DNA of 64,000 bases from Octopus sinensis (lineage: Eukaryota): assembly GCF_006345805.1 (NCBI RefSeq), contig NC_042998.1, forward strand, positions 140,988,001-141,052,000, written 5' to 3'. The position numbers and the translations under genes were made by a program. The notes beneath the pieces were generated by a model. That model was not told where the DNA came from and did no database searches. It saw nothing but the letters and a program-made list of their open reading frames with translations. Shown here piece after piece: positions 62,032 to 64,000 of the stretch (positions are counted from its first letter, which is position 1; every line of letters begins with the position of its first letter).

Positions 62032-62414
62032 ATGCATACATGGGTACAGGACATCGCAAAACATAAACAACATGAAATACGAAATACGAAAACATGGAAT
62101 ACGAAGACGAACATTTTTGTATGCGAACAAAGAATGAAACAAATGGAAAACAAGACAAGTAACATAAAGAACGACTCTTCATTAGTTTTTCGCTGTTTAT
62201 CAACTCTGCATTTCGAGCAGTTGCTCATTTCGAATTGCTCGAACAGTGGAGTAGATAAACAGCCAACAAGTGATGAACGGTCGTTCTTTATGTTACTTGT
62301 CTTGTTTTCCATTTGTCTCTTTCGTTTTTCGTATACAAAAGTTCGTCTTTGCATTGCATGTTTTCGTAATTCATGTTGTTTACATTTTGTGACGTCCTGT
62401 ACCCATATATGCAT
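62032..62414. repeat. Imperfect palindromic element of about 380 bp flanked by (TA)n
   Basis: Arms pair across the whole length around the loop 62223-62232, so both strands translate to similar peptides (e.g. MENKTSNIKND). Confidence 0.92.
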
Positions 62415-62488
62415 ATATGTACATGTTAATGTAAGTATATACATATATTATTAATATGTTATATATATATATTATATATATATATTAT

Positions 62489-62555
<67 letters not shown>

Positions 62556-63715
62556 TATTATATTATTTATATTATTATATGTTTGAACGCCGTGTGCGCG
62601 TCTGTGTGTGCATGTGTGCGTGATTGTGTGTGTGTGTCTGTGCTTATCCATCGCCTCTCGATTTTTTGTCAAGCTGTTATCCGTCTCTTAGTCTTTTCGT
62701 GCCATTTGTGATATTTTTCTCCCTTATTTTACTACATCTTGTGCACGCACACACCAACACACACACACATACATATCCAAGACAATATTGTTTAAAATGA
62801 TCTTTAGAAATTACTTGATTTATGTCTTTCTTAAATGGCTCTACCCTCCTGATCTTAGTATTTATAAGAGCCTTTATATTATATAACCCTTCTAAACAAG
62901 TACCTCTAAGAAACTATAAATATCATGTAGGGAGCAACAATAATAACTTCTTAAACCTTTAATATAACCCTTATTTAAAAAAAATAGTGTAAAATATGAA
63001 TGTTCCATAATTTAAATATTCCTTTAGCTGATACCAGATATCAGTCTTTTATTGATATTAGCTAAATAAGTAAATATATAATATATTTTGAATTATTATA
63101 CATTTTCTATAAATCTTCTCTACTGGTGTTAATAAGCTACATTTACTTTATCATAGAGATACTGCTCCTTTCTTCTATCAGCCTTAGATTTACAAGGATT
63201 TGATAAATTAGTCTATAAATTAAAACTTACCCTTAAAAACAAAAAAAAAACAGTGAGAGGCAGACTCTGTAACAATGTATATCTTCTTGATACCTTAGTA
63301 GCTTCTATGCTGGAGTGAAGACAGCATATTCTTTGTCTATCTCCTTAACTTCTTGGAGATTTTAGATATAATTATACTAATGTGCTCATCCGTTCTAATT
63401 CAATTAAATTCTGTCTTTGTGTAGCTGTGGATTGCTCTGTATTTTAAATTGATGTAATGATTGCATTGTTCAATTAAATGGAGTTGCAGGAAACAATCGT
63501 ACTGCATTATCTCTGGATATCCTTGTTGATTATTTTGATTTTAATCACCTTACTTTGAAATTGCATGGATAATACCGTACTAAATTCTGGTGCCTCAACT
63601 TGAATACCATATTCATAATTTTTGCTGAAGTCATCTATACACACACACACACACACGCGCACACATATGTATAGATATGTATATATATCTGTATGTATGT
63701 ATGTTTGCATGTATG

Positions 63716-63746
<31 letters not shown>

Positions 63747-63821
63747 TATATATATTATATATATATATATACATATACATACATATATACATACATATAT
63801 ATATATAGTATAATATATATA

Positions 63822-63854
<33 letters not shown>

Positions 63855-64000
63855 CATACATACATACATACATATATACATTATATATATATATCTATAC
63901 ATACTCTTTACCTTGTTTCAGTCATTTGACTGCGGCCATGCTGGAGCACCGCCTTTAATCGAGCAACTCGACTCCGGGACTTATTCTTTTGTAAACCCGA

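Larger units (their letters stand above)
60433..62742. repeat. Inverted repeat pair (60433-60595 and 62580-62742) enclosing (TA)n arrays and two palindromes
   Basis: ACAAGATGTAGTAAAATAAGGGAGAAAAAATATCACAAATGG... matches the reverse complement of 62652-62742 with few differences. Confidence 0.85.

Noticed and set aside
61935-62454. Two similar ORFs of about 165 aa on opposite strands
   Set aside because: An artefact of the palindrome plus stop-free (TA)n; no domain recognised.
62780-63600. AT-rich unique stretch with faint LINE-like peptide fragments on the minus strand
   Set aside because: No unambiguous motif could be read, so it is left unassigned.

Overview
AT-rich, microsatellite-dense metazoan DNA, intronic or intergenic. 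The repeat families and composition suggest a coleoid cephalopod such as Octopus; this is an inference from recalled repeat types, not a database match. No complete host gene, rRNA, tRNA gene or CRISPR array is visible, and almost all listed ORFs are microsatellite artefacts or transposon debris. Recognisable elements: a near-full-length mariner DD34D element (854-2146) and an internally deleted one (7296-7861); a DD37E Tc1-like element with IR/DR ends (53433-54994); RTE, Tx1-like and HERO-like LINE fragments and many R4/Dong-like (restriction-like endonuclease) LINE fragments; a Penelope-like element resembling the Naiad clade (49420-51545); a gypsy integrase fragment; Helentron-type non-autonomous elements; a hAT-like MITE; and dozens of tRNA-derived SINEs of about four families. 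Best leads: (1) (TAA)n arrays act as shared landing pads with a consistent polarity, Dong-like LINEs lying one way and SINE-C, Tx1-like and a short non-coding element lying the other; (2) short microsatellite-embedded elements carrying minimal hammerhead-ribozyme folds, two with non-canonical cores; (3) a set of TA-anchored palindromes of 54-383 bp, including one case that appears to record a fold-back template switch; (4) three weak splice or promoter signals that may belong to host genes.
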